From contig CP068257.2 of the NCBI GenBank assembly GCA_009914755.4, positions 16,224,001-16,288,000 of the forward strand: a stretch of DNA of 64,000 nucleotides, written 5' to 3'. Origin of the DNA: the human T2T-CHM13v2.0 reference genome, Homo sapiens. A model generated the notes under the pieces. It was not told where the DNA came from and did no database searches. It saw only the letters and a list, made by a program, of their open reading frames with translations. Shown here piece by piece: positions 15,053 to 28,680 of the stretch (positions are counted from its first letter, which is position 1; each line of letters starts with the position of its first letter). Made by a program: the position numbers and the translations under genes.

Positions 15053-15548
15053 CTAATTTTTGAGCCAGAAAAAGTTTTTATAAATCTCCCCAAAGCAAGA
15101 TTTTTAGCATCAGTTTTCAAAGCTTGCAGAAAGAATACATCAAATTTATCCATAAACAACACAGCAGGGTGAGAATAGATTCAAAGCCAGTTTTTCTGAC
15201 ACACGGAGATTTTTTTTGTCTTTTTAATTTTTAAAATATTCTTGGCATGTGAGTGGAGCTTCAGAATTAGGAAAAGGAAGCGAGATAGTTAGCAGCTGGT
15301 GTGAGTTTCTAAAGCTGGTAGGGCACCATTTTGTCTCTTAAGATTTAGGTCTCGGTAGGGTTGGGGTTGGAGGAATTATAGGAATGTCTGACCCACTGGG
15401 TGAATCTGAGAGCAGAGTGGCCTATATCTTGCTCTGTTGGGAGTAGCCTGGGGAGACTACAATTATTGTAGAGAAGTCTTATGCCCGCTGTGGTCCTGGA
15501 GTGACAGAAGAGCAGTGGTTCAGTGAGATGTTGGGCTGACCGGGTTTA

Positions 15549-15824
<276 letters not shown>

Positions 15825-16737
15825 CTAAGAGGGGGAAGAAAGGTGCGTGCAACTGCTAGGAGATGCCAGTCACATCCAAAGGGCTATGGAGGAAACGAAC
15901 TGATACATGTAAAGGCCTTAGAATAAAAGCCAGTTGTTGTTGATGTAGTTTTTCACTTCTGAGTGCATATGGGGCTTTAGAACTAAGTTGTTAATAATAA
16001 AGAGCTGAAAACAAGTGCACTCATTAAGAATATGATGCCACTCACAGCTGCATACTTCACCCTCTCTCTGCCTCAGCAGGGCAAGGATTTTGAGAGACTA
16101 AAGGTCCATTTACAAAAATAAGACCAGAACTTTGGGACCCTTAACCTTTGTAAGGCAAGGACTGTGCTTTATTTGGTTTTGTACACCCTCTGCCCCAGTG
16201 ACTGGGCATGGAAAGCTATTTGTGTTTGTTGAGATGAATAAATAGATGCAGTTTCCATTGGGAAAATTACACAAGCAATAATGTTACCCCTCCAACAATT
16301 TCTGCAAAATAGTTACACTACAAGGTATCACATGCAAGGGGCCCTTCAGATCAGCAGATAATTGTGCCTTTGGAAAATGAAAATCAAAATCAACACTCCT
16401 GGTATAGCTTCCCCATCTCTATAGATTCTAGTACTTACTCTCTGCCTGCTGGTTTCTCAGGCATGAGAAAAGGCTTTTTGACTCCAAGTCATAACACTAA
16501 AATACTCATAGTTCTGGCTACTATTGGATAATAAAGTTGGCAGTGCTATTCAGGAATCATATCTGAGTGTGGTTTCTATGATGGGACCAATCAACTGTAT
16601 ATTTACTACACGTTTTGGAGCCCTCTGTAAAACAAATGCTTGTCCTGCAATTTCTCCTTATTACAGAATGTATTCTGAATAGGTAATTTGGGGTTTCCCC
16701 TTCAAATTCACTCCTCCTTACCCAAACACATTCGCTG

Positions 16738-16785
16738 AGTATGTGTTTGTGTTTGGGTATGTGTGTGTGTATGTGTGTTTATCTA
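16738..16785. repeat. Imperfect (GT)n / (GTGTTT)n microsatellite
   Basis: agtatgtgtttgtgtttgggtatgtgtgtgtgtatgtgtgtttat. Confidence 0.85.
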
Positions 16786-17107
16786 CTCTCTGAGTCATGT
16801 CTCATCCTAACTTTGCCTTATTAGCAAATCTGTTGTTTTCAGCAGAATGGGTTAACAGACTCGTAGCCCTCTGCAGATCCGCAAAGGAGACAGTCTCTCT
16901 TAGATGTTACCTCCTAAGTTCTCTGGCCTGTCCCTGGTGTGTGCTCACTGACTGTTCTGAGGTTATTCCTCAGCCTATCTGCAATGGAATTCCTTCAACA
17001 CAAGCAGTGATGAGAGCTGGCAGCCTTAACCTGTGCACAGTATCTTTGCCATACATTTTGATAAGAAGCATGTCTCCTTGGAGATCTTGATAAGGTAAAT
17101 ATTATCT

Positions 17108-17178
17108 TGAACTCATGGCCTGAGTATAGCTGCCTGATTATTAGGGATTGCAGGCATGAGCCACTGTGCCCAGCTATG
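17108..17178 (-). mobile_element. About 70-bp Alu 5'-end fragment (antisense), flanked by the 13-bp direct repeat ggtaaatattatc
   Basis: ttgaactcatggcctgag...ctgattattagggattgcaggcatgagccactgtgcccagc is the reverse complement of Alu positions about 1-85. Direct repeats sit at 17095-17107 and 17179-17191. Confidence 0.6.
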
Positions 17179-17236
17179 AGGTAAATATTATCAAGAACAC
17201 TTCTTCACTTAGAAATATTAAAAATTATTAGGTGTC

Positions 17237-17473
17237 TGCATGTTCTCATAAGTGGGAGTTGAACAATGAGAACACATGGACACCGGGAGAAGAGCATCAC
17301 ACACGGGGGGCCTGTTAGGGGGTCAGGAGCTAGGGGAGGGATAGCATTAGGGGAAATACCTAATGTAGATGACGGGTTGATGGGTGCAACAAACCACCAT
17401 GGCATGTGTAGACCTGTATAACAAACCTGCACATTCTGCACATGTATCCCAGAACTTAAAGTATAATAAAAAA
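17237..17473 (+). mobile_element. Short 5'-truncated L1 3'UTR fragment (about 240 bp) with TSD
   Basis: tgcatgttctcataagtgggagttgaacaatgagaacacatggacac...ggtgcaacaaaccaccatggcatgtgtagacctgtataacaaacctgcacattctgcacatgtatcccagaacttaaagtataataaaaaaaaa. A 16-bp TSD aaaattattaggtgtc sits at 17221-17236 and 17474-17489. Confidence 0.9.
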
Positions 17474-17565
17474 AAAATTATTAGGTGTCAACGATATACC
17501 AGGCCCCATGTAAGGTACTGGTGGTGTGTTACATACAGATACAGGAGCCAGTCATTTCTGTTTGT

Positions 17566-17866
17566 CTTTTTTTTTTTTTTTCAGAGATGGAGTCTCGCTT
17601 TGTTGCCCAGGCTGGAGTGCAGTGGCACAATCTGGGCTCACTGCCAGCTCTACCTACCTGATTCATGCCATTCTCCTGCCTCAGCCTCCTGAGTAACTGG
17701 GACTACAGGTGCCTGCCACTATGCCTGGCTAATTTTTTTGTATTTTTAGTAGAGACAGGGTTTCACCATGTTAGCCAGGATGGTCTCGATCTCCTGACCT
17801 TGTGATCTGCCCGCCTTGGCCTCCCATAGCGCTGGGATTACAGGCGTGAGCCACCGCGCCTGGCCT
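17566..17866 (-). mobile_element. Alu (AluS-like), antisense
   Basis: Poly-T followed by cagagatggagtctcgctttgttgcccaggctggagtgcagtggc ... gcgctgggattacaggcgtgagccaccgcgcctggcc. TSD tctgtttgtctttt at 17553-17566 and 17867-17880. Confidence 0.9.
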
Positions 17867-18022
17867 CTGTTTGTCTTTTATAATCTTTCCATCTTCTCAC
17901 CTATCCTCCCTCACCTTTCTGAATGGGATTGCAATGATTTATGACAAGCACACACAACAAACAAATGGAGACTGAGAAACTCAGTCATGACCAAAGGAGG
18001 CATTAATAAGAGTACGGAGTCA

Positions 18023-18338
<316 letters not shown>

Positions 18339-19621
18339 CAAATAGCAAGAAAGAAAGAAAAAATCTTTCAGACCGTAAAGGCCTATGTGGTTATTATACT
18401 TGTGCTGACATTAGGCTTTGGGTTTCCTGGCAATCAAAGCAAGCAGAAAGACCTATTGCTCTTTTTCAGAAAGGAAAGAGGATTTCAGTTCCTCAGGGAA
18501 GGCAAAACTGTTTGTTTTTAGCACTAAGTTCTGAAAAGCATTTTCAATGTGGTGCTTTATATAAGGGGCACTGAACAAGATAATAGACAACATGCTTGAC
18601 TTCTTCCAAATAGCAAGCACATGAATGGAATCTATATGACGACTTCTTGTGTTGTCTTTAGATAATAGTGATATAACCTTAAAATGCATCTCAATGGATG
18701 CGATTATGTGGGGACTTGGCTCTGACGAAACGAAGCTGCCTAGACAAGATGAATTTTATCCATAGATAAAATTCCAAGAACCAGTCCAAGAAAAAGAGTT
18801 GAACAAATCCAGTTTTTCCTTGGGAAACGTTCATCTTCACTATCAGCAGTTTCTTAGCCATTTGAGTGCCCCTTTCTGGCTCCAATACAGTTGGCGGTCT
18901 TTTGTTTAATTTTGGCATCTTGCTCTCAGCTAGCTGTTATTATAATTCTCATAGCAGTCATAAATGCCATTGGAGCCCTAAGAGTTAAGAGTTTTGGACT
19001 TGCTGAGTTTTGAAAAGTTTAAAATTCCTTTAAAAAATAATCGTTGAACTCTTCAGAGTTTTTTATATGCTAATATATATTGTGACTCTGTAAGAGAGAA
19101 AAATAATGTTCAGTATTTCTTCATCATATTTGATCATGGAACCCCTTAGTCATGTATCAGATACCTGTTGGGAAATGCTGTTGAAAGTTATTCTTTGTTA
19201 ATGACTTTTAATGTAGACATTACAAGATCCCTTGCAGGGATATTGGCACTTTAGTATAGGATTAATGATGGTCAACAAATGTTTGAAATTGAAAGCTATG
19301 AATTTTTAGTAAAGCATCCTTGGTGCCCTGGCAAGTAGATGAAATATATTTGGGCAGGTGGAACTTTCTAGAATCCTCATGTCATACCACGTATTTATAA
19401 GACCAGCCCTCACAATCTTGGTCATGGCCTAAAAGTCTTTCTTCATCTATAAAATCAAGATTGTATTCTTCAGCTTAATCTTTGAATATCAACTGAATAA
19501 AATAATCAAAATACTGTTGAGACATTTGAAATGTAATCATTTTAAACTACCACTTAAAAAGAATAGAGCATAATAATAATCTTTGGGCAAAATTTATAAA
19601 GAATACGCTAGAGAATGGCTT

Positions 19622-19924
19622 TCTTTTTTTTTTTTTGAGACGGAGTCTCGCTCTGTCGCCCAGGCTGGAGTGCAGTGGCGTGATCTCGGCTCACTGCAAC
19701 CTCCGCCTCCCGGGTTCAAAAGCGATTCTCCTGCCTCAGCCTTCCGAATAGCTGGAATTACAGGCACACGGACGCCACCACGCCCGGCTAATTTTTTTGT
19801 ATTTTTAGTAGAGACGGGGTTTCACTGTGTTAGCCAGGATGGTCTCAATCTCCTGACCTTGTGATCTGCCTGCCTCGGCCTCCCAAAGTGCTGGGATTAC
19901 AGGCGTGAGCCACCGCGCCTGGCC
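19622..19924 (-). mobile_element. Alu (young AluY/Sx-like, CpG-rich), antisense
   Basis: ttttttttttttgagacggagtctcgctctgtcgcccaggctggagtgcagtggcgtgatctcggctcactgcaacctccgcctcccgggttcaa ... ggcgtgagccaccgcgcctggcc. TSD gagaatggctttc at 19611-19623 against gataatggctttc at 19925-19937. Confidence 0.9.
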
Positions 19925-22665
19925 GATAATGGCTTTCAAAAATGCACGTTACTCTCACTATGACACAAAATAATGTGAATAAACATTTTAATAGCAAAGG
20001 CATTTTAAAACAAAACAGTTAATTAGGGGCATCACGCATGGTATAATTCTTTAAAGGTAGACATTGCTTAAGACCTTGAGACTGGATAGAGTGAAAAGAT
20101 ATCTCATCTTTTACATCTTAGAAATAAATATTTGTAACCATCTGGAGTCTATTTTCTGGATTAAAGAGAAGAGCAATAATCACACAAATTTATCTTTGAA
20201 ATGTCACTTCTAACATTTGCTAGTTGAACAATACTATACCTTCCCCCCTCCATTACATGGTCAAATATATTCTCCCTAAAAATATAATTTTAACATCTTG
20301 AAACAAAAGCAGTTTCTATTCTCTAAGCTAAAACATTAGTCACCAGAGAATGGAATTCTGTCTGAAGATTAGGTTTCTCTATCATGCTCCAGTGAGACTA
20401 AACTGAACATTCTTAACTCTTCTACTCTTCTGTGCATTTGCCTGATTATTATGTTTACCTGCAGGGAATTCTTCCCAACACATGATGAACTCTTATTCAT
20501 CCTCTAAAACCCAACATGCTTTCCTTTTCCAAGAACGCTTATCTTCCTCCCATTTTATCCATTTCTCCTGTATGCTACCTGCTGCATATACCTATTTCTA
20601 TTTTTTCATTTATCATATGGAAAAAATTCCATAAGAACATTAAAATATGTTCTTAGAGTATGAGTTCAAGGGAGGCATGAACTACCTCTAATTTGTTTCT
20701 GTCTTTTGGGGTTAAAGTATACACTACAATACAGATCTGCACAAAATATGCTGCCTCTTTTATTTGCTATAGTTGATTGCATCTAGCTCTGCATACCCCA
20801 GTTCTGCTGCCGGTGGAAGCATGAACGTGGTAGAAAACACTTACCTTGTCTGTGAGAGGTAACAGCCTTTTCTGGTTTAACAAACATTTTCTTCTGATTG
20901 GTTTAACATTTGTGATTAATTAGCCTTTAGATGGGTGGTAGAATAAAATATTATTTCAAAGTTCAAACTTCCTATCAAGATTGTCTCCTCACTTCTCACA
21001 AGCTCTCTCTTCTCCTCTTTCCCCCAAGATGGCATGTTTGTTCCAAGAGAAGATTGGATTGTTTAATTCAGTGTGCAGGAGTCTTCTGGTGTGGGGCTGC
21101 CTTCTCGGCACTGAGGAATGATTAACCTGTTCAGTGCCTGGTTCCCTTGGGTTGGTGTTCACTAAGGCATAGATAATCCCACCAATCTATCTGGGCTTCT
21201 TGCTGGGACCACCTCTTGATGTGATAGTCCTTTCAGTTTGGGTTTTCTAGGGTCCTGTGTTTTATGGTCTCATTCTCCCAGTACCAGCTCCTTCAAATTT
21301 CTCAACATCAAGTCTCTCAAGTTCCTCATCTTGGGTCATGAGAACTCCAAGATCTCCTACATACCAAATGTTGCTCGTGGGGAATATGCTGCTCACTACT
21401 GTCTGTTTGTGTCTAATCTTTCACACCCACTTCATGATGGATTCAGTGGAGAAAGGGGGAACAACCCTGGACATTTTGATCCTCTCTCAAATAATCTAGA
21501 GTCTCTATCAAGGTCTCTATCTATCTCTGTCATTTTTGTTTTTCTTTATTGGAACTTGAGTTTGGGAAACCAAGTTCCTTCTCAAAGACCCAGGCTATAT
21601 TCTCATCCTAGTGAAATTCCTTCCAGATATTTCTTTCTTTTTTACTGAATTAGATGAATGTCATTTACATTGAATCCTTACTCTATCCTAGAGCTTTTAG
21701 TAAAACTCTATGATTCAAGTCAAGTCATCTAGGTTTGGCTCCTGACATGAGAATGAAGCTTTTATAGTTTAGAGACCACCTTTCTTTATCACAATAGGCT
21801 GGCTTGCAAGACTAATGCTTCACTGTGGACTCAAGAGTTTCTTTGGGTTTTTTTGGTAGTCAAAAGCTGAATATTAGATATATCCTTCTTTTTTTGCATT
21901 CCTACTTTCATGTGTAAATTCACACAGCTGGCAAGAGGAAGGTTGATATTTTTTATCACCAGCACCTTAATGTTGACTTGGGTTTTTCTCATTTGTCAAA
22001 CCTACTCCTTTTCTGCCTCTCCACAGACTTTGTGGTTCTGCTATATTTGGCCCTATGTGATTATGCTGTATTGACCCAGTTGCCCCTAATCATGCTGTCT
22101 GTGCTCAGTACCTGCAGAAAAGATAAGATATTTCTTTTTCCTCTTTTCTTCAGAGCTAAACAACAGTTTAGAGCTTCCTTGCAGATAGGTGGGACTCTAT
22201 GTCTAAGTTCTGGCCAGGGAATATGTGTGGAAATGACACACCCTACTTCCAAGGCTGCCTTCTAACACTTCTTTTGCAGTCCTCCATAAACTTTTTTATA
22301 GTTTGTCAGTTGGCCAGAGGGAGAGGATTCACTGAAGGAAGGGCCCTGAGGTCCTAGGGGATGACAGGTCTACCCAGTCAACTTTCCGGGTCTATTATTC
22401 ACTGACCTCTAATTAAAATTTAAGATCTCTTTTAATTGTGAATATAGTCTTAATTTGAAGAGTATTTCCAGTATCTCTTACTTTGTCACTTATAGAATTA
22501 TAGATATTTTTATATTGCTTTACAGATATCTCAAAATATTAATTACACTCATTTCTAGTTTGACATTGAACTAGTTATTATTAGACTTGCCACTGAATCT
22601 TGTTATTTAATATACTAAAAACAAGTACATAATTAGCTTATTTGAAGTTTAAAAGATATATTTAG

Positions 22666-22948
22666 GGCTGGCCACAATGGCTTACACCTGTAATCCCAGC
22701 ATTTTGGGAGGCTGAGGGAGGAGGATTGCTTGAGACCAGGAGTTTGAGACTAGCCTGGGTAACATAGTGAGACACAGTCTTTACAAAAAATTTAAAACCT
22801 AGCTGGGCGTGGTGGCATGTGCCTGTAGTCTTAGCTACTCGGGAGGCTGAGGCAGGAGGATCACTTGAACCCAAGAGTTAGAGGCTGTGGAGAGCAATGA
22901 TTATGCTACTGTGCCACAGAACAAGACCTTGTCTCTTAAAAAAAGTAT
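22666..22948 (+). mobile_element. Alu (older, AluJ-like)
   Basis: ggctggccacaatggcttacacctgtaatcccagcattttgggaggctgagggaggaggattgcttgagaccaggagtttgagactagcctgggtaacatagtgagacac..., CpG-depleted. Confidence 0.85.
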
Positions 22949-24544
22949 ATATAAAACTGTATTTAAATATACTTGCTTTCATTTTCATCTTATGTATTTT
23001 ATCTGTGTTTTTTTTCGCTTGATTTTTGGCCCTCTGTGGTGTCTCTCACCATATCTGGTAATTTTTGATTAAGTGATGGATATTACCATGGTATTTTTGG
23101 TTAAATGCAGAAGGAAAGCCATTTAAGAAAGTCACTGGGCCAGGATGTGTATCTTAAATATATTATACTGTTTTACCCCCTTACTCTTATCAATGTTTCT
23201 CAATTTGGCTTTATTAAAAGGATTAAACCCTAGAGAAGATGAAATCATTGTGTGACCATTTTCCATAGGTGGTCTTTAGCTGGTATCATTTTAGATGCAC
23301 AGGGACACAGTCAATTCATTATACCTATAGTAGTTGCCTCATGGCATTGAGTTTGATTCTCTCTCAGAACCCTGGTTGAGAAAGGCTGCTCTGGATGACA
23401 GGAAAATTTTAAGAGACAGGGCAGCTTCAATTCATCTGATCCCTGCAAAGGAGTGACCAGCAAGAAAATTATGGTCCTAAGACAGTTTAGGGGAATCAGC
23501 AAAAATGGAGTAGATTTTGCCATTCTTATTTGTGGAAAGAGGGCATTCAGTTAGCCTCTGTTGGGCTATGAAGCCTCTAGAAAACGGTGGTCTGATCAGC
23601 TCAGAGTGTTGATCTAGAATTACTGTAAAAGCAAAAATTAAAGAAAGATAATGTGCTTTCAGCTGTAGGCACTTTGATAACCTTGAGACTGTTTGGGATT
23701 GATGCCTTCAAGAAATATTAGGGAGATATTGTCAGACTTTTGCATAATAATTTCTATTATTAGTTCACAGTAAAAACTGCTATCAAGGTTGGCCAATGGG
23801 ATTGCTTACACACCATTGCCTAATCCTTGGGGGAAGTAAATGAACGTGACATTCTTCTTTGTACCTCTTCCATTAAAACGCTATCTGTGAAAGAATAGAA
23901 TCTGATGGGTAATGCGCAGAAACTAAAGCAGTGAATAATACTCATTACTCTCAGAGACTATTCAGCTTGGCATTATTTGCTTTTCCTCTTCTGATGAAAA
24001 TCTCTAAAAATTTTTCAGAAGCTATGAATATAAAAATTATAACCTAAGGATTCCCAGCAGGTTGAATTATTTGCTGAAACACTTACGAACAGCAGGTGTT
24101 TAGAGAATATGTGGCATCAAAAGCCATTTTCTCTCAGCCAAAGCATTCTTTTCACATGGAGGCATAAAATGCTATCAAGATTCAGATTTAAAAATGCTGA
24201 GGCATCTGTTATTTTTTCTCTCCCATCTCTGTATTTGAGTTTTTTTTTCATTTTTAGGTTATTTTAGGCATTTTATCTTTTGTATCTTTTGGTAGTAAAC
24301 AAAATATTATTTATTTATTATTTTTTCTGTAATTCTTTGGACTTAATCACTTGTAGACAAATTAAACATATTCATTATACAATTTTTAGTCAGTAGTTCT
24401 CTGATTACTCCCATTCTGAGGTTAATAGGAATTATAGGCATTATCATTTAATTTAGCACTAAATTATAGGATTTTGTCATTTTTTACTATTATTTGTTGT
24501 TTATCTTATTTCTTCCCTAAATAATTTTTTTAATGTGTATATAT

Positions 24545-25003
24545 GGGTACGATGGTTAGTTTCATGTGTCACTTTGACTGGGTACAAGTGCCCTGACATT
24601 CAGCTAAACATTATTCTGGGTGTGTCTTTGCAGGTGTTTCTGGGTGAGATTAACCTGATTGGTAAAGTGAGTCAAGCAGATGGCCCTCTCTAATGTAGGT
24701 GTGACTCAACCAATCAGTTGAAAACCTGAACACAACAAAAGGCTGAGTAAGAGGGAAGTCCTCCTGCCTGACTGCTTTGAGCTGAAACATTGGCTCTCCC
24801 CACGTCTTGAGCCTGCCAGCCTTCAGACTGGAACCAGCACTATTGACTCTCCTGGGTCTCCAGCTTACTGACTGAAGAACTTGGGAACTTACTGACTGAA
24901 GCCTCCATAATGAAATGAGTCAATTTCTGAGAGAGAGAGTGTGAGAGGGAGACTTTCATCCTATTGGTTCTGTTTTTCTGCAGAACTCTGACTAATCCAG
25001 TGG
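24545..25003 (+). mobile_element. MaLR LTR, MLT1-type (3' two-thirds of the LTR)
   Basis: ...caaccaatcagttgaaaacctgaacacaacaaaaggctgagtaagagggaagtcctcctgcctgactgctttgagctgaaacattggctct...ctgggtctccagcttactgactgaag...cctccataatgaaatgagtcaatttct...atcctattggttctgtttttctgcagaactctgactaatccag, which matches the MLT1 LTR 3' half as I recall it. Confidence 0.55.
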
Positions 25004-26468
25004 ATCATGTCTTTGATATTAATTTTGTATATCCATAGCACATAGTAGTACATCACGAGTATGTTAGAAACTTAAAATAGACGTTTAGAAGCAGAGTGTT
25101 CCTTGATCAAATGATTCATGAAACCTAAAGTCAGTTACTCTGACATAAAAATTGACTACACATTTGCTAAATCCTTGAGTGCAGGTACTGTTGCACTTGT
25201 TGGGTTTGATATAGGTGGAAATAAAGGCAGTGAGAAATGCAGTATTGATCTTGATTAGGTGGTATGCTGAGTCACTATATTTGAATGAGGAATTGTAATT
25301 ATAGCACATAATACAGCATGATTTTCATAAAAAAAGGTATTATTTAAATGACAGGTTAAACTCATTTACCTTTGTCAAAAGCCCATGTATATCTTCTGAA
25401 AATTCATAATATTGTAAGTGACAGAAGAAGGGTTCTATTTATCAATGCTACCATAAGATTTGTAAACCAGTTAAAGCATGTCATCTTTCCTGCAGCGATT
25501 AGTGCTTTTGATCCAAGTCAGGGCATGCATTTAGAGTTGTTTTTCAAATTGTGGTGATGAATATCTTGTCTGATTTCACCTATAACCCTTGAAATGGATA
25601 TGCAGGAAGACTAATCAAGATAAAAGTTTTAATGCGTTGTTATAAAACAGAGTGAAATTATGACTGGTTCATGCTCAATTTTAACTCCACAGCCTTAGCC
25701 TCATTGGGTTGTGTAGTAACCAAATTAATGGATTAAAGTTAGAAAATGTGCCAAACCATAAACCAGAGATAAGTAAGCAGAAAACTGCACTGTCATGAAT
25801 GGACATCGTTCTAGTCACTTCTGAGTGTGATGGCATGAGTATTCTCACATGAAAGACTATTGTAAACTCTTACATTTGTTAAAACCAAACACTTACAGTC
25901 TTTACATGAACATTATAAACACAATTTATAAAAATATATAATGTTGCTTTTCTCTTGAGATGTTTCAGCTGAGAAATCTGAGAAGGTAGAAACATTGAAC
26001 TGCAAAATGCAACTATCCTCTAAAATACCTGGTAGTCTAGATTTGCTACCGATGTAATTTTTATACACATTTCAGAAAGTAATTTTTTCCCCAATACTTT
26101 GCTGGATTGCCCATAGGAATATAAAAAAAAACACACATGCTAATGTTGCCCACCTGATATTGAGCAGCACGATAGAGTTAGACTCCTGAGCTGCAACTTC
26201 TGGGTCAAAAGTTGATGCTATTTCAGGGTAGTAAGCACAGCATCCCTGTTGCCAGGAGGAAATGTATTTTCAGCTCTGCTCTCATTAGGTGGTTTTTTGT
26301 CCTCTTCAAATATGAGGAAAATAAAATCCTCTTCATCACCTCAACACAGTGGGGACTCAAAGTGCATACTCCCCAAGGGACACAGAGGGCTCAGAATAGA
26401 GACAAATGGGGATGACATTTTGCAGGTATATTGGAGAACAGTGAAGACAACCACTTTAGCAGAGTAAC

Positions 26469-26744
26469 TTTTTTTTTTTTTTTTGAGATGGAGTCTTGCT
26501 CTGTCACCCAGGCTGGAGTACAGCAGTGTGATCTCAGCTCACTGCAACCTCTGTCTCCTGGGTTCAAGCGAGACAGCCACCTGAGTAGCTGGAATTAAAG
26601 GACCGCTTAAGTTTTGCATTTTTATTAGAGACAGGGTTTCGCCATGTTGGACAGGCTGGTCTCGAACTCCTGGCCTCAAGTGATCCACTGGCCTCGGCCT
26701 CCCAAAGTGCTGGGATTACAGGCGTGAGCCACTGCGCCCAGCCC
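26469..26744 (-). mobile_element. Alu (AluS-like), antisense
   Basis: Poly-T at 26469-26484 ... ctcccaaagtgctgggattacaggcgtgagccactgcgcccagccc. A 10-bp TSD cagagtaact sits at 26460-26469 and 26745-26754. Confidence 0.9.
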
Positions 26745-27096
26745 AGAGTAACTATTAAGAGTGGATATTAAATGGAACATTGCACAAGCTCATGAGCAGA
26801 TAGTAAGAATGCCAACTCTGCTAGAAGGTAGTGACCTGTAAAACCTGTAAAACCATGAACAGTGTGTGGCTTTCAACAGAAGAGATGCCACAGTTGGATA
26901 AAGATAGAGACAGAGAAATTGTATCTGGATTAAACTGAAATAGTGATGATTTTCTGAATCATCCTTGATTAAGGATTTTCACCAAAGACTTATTGAGGAA
27001 TACTGTAAATTAATATGATAATTTATCTGCATGTATGCCATTTATTGTTTGTATTCTGTATATAATTATGATTCATTAACTATATAGTAAAATGTA

Positions 27097-27176
27097 TTAG
27101 GTGGATGCAAAAGTAATTGCGGTTTTTGCCATGACTTTCAATGGCAAAAACCCCAATTACTTTTGCACCAACCTAT
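27097..27176. mobile_element. MADE1 (Hsmar1/mariner-derived 80-bp MITE), palindromic hairpin element
   Basis: ttaggtggatgcaaaagtaattgcggtttttgccat-gactttca-atggcaaaaaccccaattacttttgcaccaacctat. This is a near-exact match to the MADE1 consensus (TTAGGTTGGTGCAAAAGTAATTGCGGTTTTTGCCAT...ATGGCAAAAACCGCAATTACTTTTGCACCAACCTAA) with TA at both flanks. Confidence 0.85.
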
Positions 27177-28384
27177 ATGTAATTTTCATTTTCCAGTGCA
27201 GATCCATTCGGTCTAAATTAATCTTTTTATCGTCACAAAGTTCTTGAGTTTAAGAATATTTCACATGTTGTTGTAGGTGACTGGACTGGGAAGACACTAC
27301 CTGAAAACAGCAGTCTACATCTGGGCCCAGAAGATCCAAATCTGGAAATCAGCCCATTGTCTAGAATGCTACCTTTGCCATACTCGTTTCAGTCTAGGAT
27401 ACTAGACATATCCATTTTTTTTTAGAGATCATCAGGATTTTTGTAAGAGGGCTTGTGGGGGCAGGGGTGGGGTGTGATGGGGAGGTGAACGGGATGACAA
27501 AGAATGCCTTTAGAACTTCATTCAAAACACTGTGCTCTATCACTTACTAAGCATGACTAGTCTTTGTTTGTGAGAGTATGCGGAGGAGAATTCAGACATT
27601 TATGATTCCCAACTAAGACCATGAATTTGAAGGAGGCATGCTTCCTATCCAACTTCAGAAATGGAAGCAAATCAAGTAACAAATATTTTTTTATCCCTTT
27701 TTATGGGCCCATCACTGAGCTAACTGCAAGGTATACTAAAGAGAGACTAACTGTACTCATTACCCTTAAATAATTACTGTAATTACATAAAAATACAAAA
27801 GAAAGAATTGTCACAGTCTAAAACATTTCATATTAGCTAGAGAGGCAATAGGAGACAAATTGTAAAAAATTAACTGGTTCTGGAACAAATAGGTTTTATA
27901 GAAGAAACATACTTAGTGACGTTCCTTGACGGAGTAGAAGGGCGGGGAGGGGAACAGGTAGGAGACAGGAGAAGCAAGTCCACAGCACTAACAAACCCAT
28001 TCCTGGACTTGTGCACATCCTTGAGCTTCAGCCCAGCTTTTGCAGGCAGCAGTGACCCTGTATTTCAATTGTTAATGCCATGATACCCCTATATAGAAGA
28101 AATTCCATGACTGCTTTCTTAAAACTGTTTTTGATATTCAGTTCCTTCCTAATTTCATTTTAGTTTATCCTCTTGGCTATTTGTCCTCCTTGAGAAGAAA
28201 GAGTCCGAGAGAGAGAGACATGGTCTTTGGTATCAAGATTTGCATGTATAATTTTCTGAGCTAGCTTTTCTCAGGAGGAGTTATTCCTTCTGTCTGTAAG
28301 TGTCCCCAAATCTTTATGAAATAACATACTAATTGCGGCCAAGATGCTAGTGCTCACGAGCACCTGTATTCTCTTCTTTATCCT

Positions 28385-28680
28385 GAGCCCCCAGGTAGAC
28401 CACACTTTCTAGGCTCCCTTGCAGATTGGTGTAGCTATGTGAGAGTTCTCGTAAATGGCAAGCAGAAATGATGGGACCATTTTCAGACTGACACACAGAG
28501 AACCTCCCACATGCAATTCTCTAAGCTCTTGGCTGATTAGAGAGGACTCTGGGACACCAAAAGAGAATGGAGCCTCTGGTGGGAAAGACCCTGGGCCCCT
28601 AAACTGTGGGTATAAGACAGAGCCTTCCCTTCCTCCCAGTGCCTCAGATTGGACTGTGATGTGATGTGAGCTACAAATAA
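28385..28680 (+). mobile_element. Ancient LTR-type repeat fragment (MaLR-like family, name uncertain)
   Basis: ...tttctaggctcccttgcagattggtgtagctatgtgagagttct...aacctcccacatgcaattctc...ggagcctctggtgggaaagaccctgggcccctaaactgtgg...cctcagattggactgtgatgtgatgtgagc. I recognise this as a recurrent mammalian LTR consensus. Related short pieces occur at about 22170-22270 and 56345-56400. Confidence 0.4.

Noticed and set aside
18691-18918. 75-aa minus-strand ORF in a unique segment with two CpGs (cgaaacgaag). I considered an exon.
   Set aside because: No supporting splice signals or conservation evidence are available from the sequence alone. Its length and composition are within chance expectation for AT-moderate human DNA.
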